From assembly GCA_000934665.2 (NCBI GenBank), contig KZ538823.1, forward strand, positions 62,001 to 118,395: 56,395 nt of DNA. The letters run 5' to 3'. The DNA comes from Catajapyx aquilonaris (lineage: Eukaryota). The translations under genes were made by a program, and so were the position numbers. Shown here in pieces: positions 51,723 through 56,395 of the stretch. The notes below the pieces were generated by a model. The model saw nothing but the letters and a program-made list of their open reading frames with translations. It was not told where the DNA came from and searched no databases. The number at the start of each line of letters is the position of its first letter. Position 1 is the first letter of the stretch.

Positions 51723-52098
51723 GTTATCATATGCAGGATGCTAAAGTAATATCTTACTAGGTCAACTGGGAGGCAGCATACTCATTGACCCAAAGGAAGT
51801 CTAAAATGGAGGGGGGAGGAAAGTCAAGGGACTAGTCTGTAATGAGGTACACGAGCAGACACATTCGCCTGCCCCTAGACACATGTGGCAACACACACCG
51901 CAATGTGTATCTAGTAGTCGACATCGTTACCGGTTGGTGCCTCGACTTTTCTCCCCCCTAAATTTTTGACTTGTTTTGGTCAACGAGTACGCTACATGCC
52001 AATTGACCTTCTAATTCTTCCCATTGTTCCTCAAGCCCCTTTCAGCTTTCTTCTGTTGACATAATGACTGATCTGGTGCATTTCTGTTCTCCTTTCAG

Positions 52099-52334
52099 GC
52101 AAATCATCAAGATTGTAGATGACTACTTGTTGTATTTTGATCCTCTTCAGAGGGGAGATGACTTCTATTTTCATGGAAGGAGACAGGTTGGCAGGGACCT
52201 TCTGAAGCGAGCCTGCAGAGATGTTGAGTTGTATTATGATCGGGTTTTTGAACCATGCTACAAAAATGAGGAAATCTTTGAGCTGACCACCAAAGGGTTA
52301 ATCAGTTCAATCATGGATGGATTCAATTGCTCAG
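52099..52334 (+). CDS. KIF18A: Kinesin-8 coding exon 2
   Basis: QIIKIVDDYLLYFDP..FYFHGRRQVGRDLLKR (extended kinesin-8 loop 2)..YDRVF..DGFNCS. Confidence 0.9.
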
Positions 52335-53032
52335 GTATGCTAGTGGAAGGGTAAAATGTTATATTACTTTCATAGGTGCATTTCTTATTGACAGAGTCTG
52401 TAATAATAGTGTTGAGAGAGAGAGAGAGAGAGTACATGCAAATTTTTCCAAACTCTAATTTTTGTTCAACATGCTCTTTTATGACTGAAATTATGCCAAT
52501 CCTTGGGAATCTCGTTGAACAGGATGGACCTTGGATGCACCTTGCCCTCTCTAGAACCCCTCTGGTTACTTTGCAGATTATTAAATTTATTTGTTGTTGC
52601 ATGTAAAGGAAACTTGTTCAATACAGACAGTTTTTGCATAGTGAAGCCACTCTTCTAGATAGATTTCAATGCACTAACTCAAATTGCCTTTGAAACAGCA
52701 ATTTGCATTTTTTTTTTGCAAGCTAGGAATCAGTATGCATTTAAATTACTTCCCACTTAAAGTAAAGGAAAAGTTAGTCTCTCTGTCAACAGGTCTTGTA
52801 CTGCTATTGCCATACCTGCAGAAGTTGAAACAAGTGGCATGAGTAAACAGGGCCTGTAGTTTAAGGGTGCATAAATAATAATAAAATGCGACCATGAGTT
52901 TTCATAATTGGCTTGAGTAATTTGAACAGCTATTTTATTTTTCCTGTCTTTGATTTCCATATGAAAAAGGTATTACTGCATTTTGACTATTCATATGGAA
53001 TGGAACTGTAAATTCCTTTGTCATTTGGGCAG

Positions 53033-53190
53033 TGTTTGCATACGGTGCAACTGGAGCTGGAAAGACCTACACGATGCTTGGAAATTCTGAGAATCCAGGA
53101 CTAATGTTTTATACAGTCCAACATCTCTACAATACCATTGCCGACCTGAGTAATGAGAAGGAGTTTGAAATCTCGGTATCATACTTAGAG
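53033..53190 (+). CDS. KIF18A: Kinesin-8 coding exon 3
   Basis: VFAYGATGAGKTYTMLG (kinesin-8 P-loop); VSYLE. Confidence 0.93.
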
Positions 53191-53285
53191 GTAAGTAGAA
53201 GGGGTTCAAATACATGGCATGAATTTGATTGTTTTCCTAGACTTGTATGCCACTCCAATGAATTGATTCAACTTGGCTTTTACAG

Positions 53286-53667
53286 GTTTACAATGAGATG
53301 GTGCAGGATCTCCTTAAACCATCAGGGCAACTAATGGTACGGGAGGATGGTAGAGGGCGGGTTTCAATCCCTGACCTGACCCTTTTGACCCCTCATGATG
53401 CTCATGAGCTTCTTGCTTTGCTGGCTGCTGGGAATAAGAACCGAACTCAACATCCTACAGATCATAATGCAGAGTCCAGTCGTTCGCATGCAGTGTTCCA
53501 GGTGTCTGTCAGCCAGAAAGACAGGTCTGCAGGTTTGTCTGGAGAAGTCCGTAAAGCCAAGCTGTCGATGATTGATCTGGCAGGTTCAGAAAGGGCTAGT
53601 GCCTCAGGAAACAAAGGGGAGCGATTTAGGGAAGGTTCCAGCATCAACAAATCTTTGTTGTCCCTTG
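53286..53667 (+). CDS. KIF18A: Kinesin-8 coding exon 4
   Basis: VYNE..GNKNRTQHPTDHNAESSRSHAVFQ (switch I); LSMIDLAGSER (switch II); INKSLLSL. Confidence 0.94.
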
Positions 53668-53793
53668 GTGAGTACCTCTGGACAGGTGTGGAAAACAAAC
53701 ATGTCCCAATATGTATATTGAGAATACATTTCTTTTTCCTGCATGGCTGAATAATCTCAAAAGGTAGCATGGGTCATGAGTGATTCTGTGTAC

Positions 53794-53990
53794 GGGGGTA
53801 GCACAGTGGTGTAGTGGCTAACTGCACAGCCTTCCACCTCGGTGATCCCAAGTTTTATCCCTGGGTCGGACAGGATGCTTATGTGGATCGAGTTTGGATG
53901 GGTTCTGTCCATGTTCGTGTGGGTTTTCTTGGGGCTCTCCCATTTCCTCCCACAATCAAAATTCATCACAGCATAAGCAATGAATAGACA
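53794..53990 (+). mobile_element. V-domain SINE (diverged)
   Basis: tRNA-like head, then gagtttggatgggttctgtccatgttcgtgtgggttttcttggggctctcccatttcctcccaca, resembling the V-SINE core. Confidence 0.65.
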
Positions 53991-54329
53991 TTAATGAAAA
54001 GATGAGTCCCTAAAAGGCCTAAGAAGACCTCCCACAGGACACTATCCATTATTATTCTGTGCTATGGTGAGCTGAATGGTGATGACAGTTTGCATGTTCT
54101 TAGAGATATACAGTAGAACCCTGATTATCTGTCACCCACACTACTGGGACATGGTCGGAACACAAAAAAGGTTGGATAATAAGAGGAACAAAAATAACTA
54201 ATGGAACACAAAAAACATGTAAAAATGTGGAATAGTTTATTATGGTTTTGTAAGAAATATTTAAATGTTTACCTTATAAAGAGTCTACTGTATTTACAAT
54301 TTGACTGAGGCAACACAAAACAAAATACA

Positions 54330-55411
54330 TAGTAAGGGGGAGATCGGGGTCAGTTGTAACAGGGTACGGTTGTAACATCGGCAATAATAAATATGTTTGT
54401 AAATCCCTGAAGCTGAAAGTCACACAGCACATGTGTCACTATGGCTTCTAAGCCAGGCAAAACTTAGGCTTCTCCTTTTTGGCTTTTTGTTATTCTATAT
54501 GCAAAAAACCAAAATCAAGGTATGTTCCCTACTTTATTGAGTGGCAGTAATCAAGTGATTATGTGAAGAGTAGAGGTGACATTGAATTTTGCCATTGCTA
54601 TCATGAGAACGGTTCCTTTAGTGCGGTCACACTGACGGTATGGATGACCAAATCATGTGCACAGTTAAAAAGTACGAGTAGTAAGCGTAACTACAAGACA
54701 ACATGCAATGGGGACGGTTGTAACATGGTAAAATCATGGGAGAAAGGTCAAGTCTGTGTACAGATGTTACAGCTACATATCTCACAGGCTATTGAGAGTA
54801 GAAATAATTATTATATTGTGACATAAAGCCTCTTATAACCAGTTTGTCGAAAAATATGAATAAAAAATCTATTCTCTTGCAATACTATTCTGCTGAATAA
54901 AGTCAAGTGTATCAAGAGAGAAAGAGTAATGTAGGTGGACCAAGTAGGCTATAAGACAATTGCCGAGAAGATGAGTGAGTGTAAATTGTTCTTCCATATT
55001 CCATTTCCCCCTTAAGACCAGAGCTAGGCACGCTAACCTGAATTTTTAGTTCCACTAACCACTAATTCAGTTAGCATTAGCGATTTAGCGATGTCCATGG
55101 TTTTACTGAGCAAGTTAGCTGTTATCGAAAGTTAGCGGTGCCCACTGTGCTTAAGACATAGTGTTACAATCGACCCCACCCTCTGTTACAACTGCCCCTA
55201 TGATGGGGTCAGTTGTAACACTCTGCCTTGCCTTGGAAAAATATTTATAAATCTATCAATTTTTAATATTAAGATTTTACAATGTTAATTTTACAAAGAG
55301 GAATAATGCCTTATTTCCACCAGGTCAAAAACCTTTGTCTAAATGCATAGGTAACTGAATTTAAAAATCCAGACAAAAAAGTGTTACAACCGACCCTGAT
55401 CTCCCTTACAG
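54330..55411. mobile_element. pogo-like non-autonomous element
   Basis: TIR gtaaggg(gg)agatcggggtcagttgtaaca / tgttacaaccgaccctgatctcccttac; repeated gttgtaaca motifs. Confidence 0.7.
55019..55149. mobile_element. hAT-type MITE (short relative of 5322-5550)
   Basis: Perfect 8-bp TSD cttaagac; inverted homology to the 5322 element. Confidence 0.85.
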
Positions 55412-55660
55412 TAGAGAATTTGAAGAGAAAACATTGTTGGTAAAAAAGTCTTATATTTATTACCACCATTTCTCGAGCCACAAAATGTCTATAAGTGTTG
55501 AAGTAGAATGCTGTTTTATAGGAGCAGGACAGTTGGATATACCGAGGAGACAGATATTCTGAGGTCAGCTAATCAGGGTTATACTGTAATTTTAAGAGGA
55601 CTTGTAAGAGGATGGTTATACCATGATAATATATGGTAACAATGAACTTTGTACCAACAG

Positions 55661-55860
55661 CTAATTGCATAAATGCACTCGCTGATGGCCTGAAACATAT
55701 CCCTTATCGCAACTCGAAGCTGACAAGAATTTTAAAGGATTCACTTGGTGGAAATTGCAGAACAATCATGATAGCGAATGTGTCACCAGCTCTGTCAAGC
55801 TACGATGACACATACAACACGTTGAAGTACGCTGATCGTGCCAGGAGCATCAAGATTAGT
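55661..55860 (+). CDS. KIF18A: Kinesin-8 coding exon 5 (gene continues beyond the window)
   Basis: [54 protein letters not shown]; donor gtaagt. Confidence 0.94.
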
Positions 55861-56395
55861 GTAAGTAGTATTGCAGTTTTGGAATTGTGGAAAGTATTTA
55901 AAACTATGGTTGGCAGCAAGTCTTGATTTAAATTTCCCGCCCCCCACCCCAGCCCATCTCAGACAACAGATGACACACTCTCAATATTAAATTTAAATAT
56001 TACGCTATGCAACGCGGTACTTTCAGAAATTAATAAGTGTCCCCCACCCCCCTGGAAGACGAATCAGCAACTGTTAAATTCCTCCAAGTGACTAGAATAT
56101 TCTCCTCCACACGACCAGAACACCCACAGGCCAGCGAGAAAAACCAGCATAGGGAAATCCACACCCGAACCCCAAGCGCTGTGCAGGACAGAGAGAGGGG
56201 CAGATACCATTGCAAGCATGACTACCGGTGTCTGCCTATGCATTACTGTGCAAGAGAATAATAATAATAATATGAGGGCATGCTGATAATTTTTGCCTCT
56301 ATGTACTATCACGGTCAAAAAGATTGTCGGACTGTTATGGAATCGTCCGCGACTTTTTCTCCCGCCAATCAGTGTGCCAGGTGCAGGTGATTTGG

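Larger units (their letters stand above)
54111..55586. mobile_element. Tigger-type MITE with nested insertions
   Basis: TA|cagtagaaccctgatta ... taatcagggttatactg|TA; related ends near 17935 and 34278. Confidence 0.7.

Noticed and set aside
56030..56318. Short ORFs after the last kinesin exon
   Set aside because: No kinesin neck or stalk similarity and no clear splice sites; probably intronic repeat

Overview
Eukaryotic (invertebrate metazoan, probably arthropod-like) genomic scaffold with one assembly gap (13257-13467). There are two spliced protein-coding genes on the + strand. The first is a complete 8-coding-exon cytoplasmic cysteinyl-tRNA synthetase (CARS1/CysRS, 19045-34841, 737 aa from hand-joined exons). 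The second is the 5' part of a kinesin-8 (KIF18A/Klp67A-like, from 48650, running off the window), which has an unusual basic KRPG-repeat N-terminal extension and a G2/M-type promoter. Most of the rest is a dense, partly nested collection of mobile elements: a Helitron and its non-autonomous derivative, two internally deleted mariners, a Tc1 remnant, a Sola1 remnant and a Sola1-type MITE, a Chapaev3-like element, piggyBac/hAT/Harbinger/EnSpm/Tigger-type MITEs, a deleted Gypsy element with about 104-bp LTRs, and many tRNA-derived SINEs built from shared heads, bodies and tails. I found no convincing wholly new biological system. The best leads are the modular SINE set, the kinesin N-terminal repeat, the minimal LTR element, a decayed hammerhead-like motif and a possible KDZ transposase remnant. 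All calls were made by eye, without database searches.
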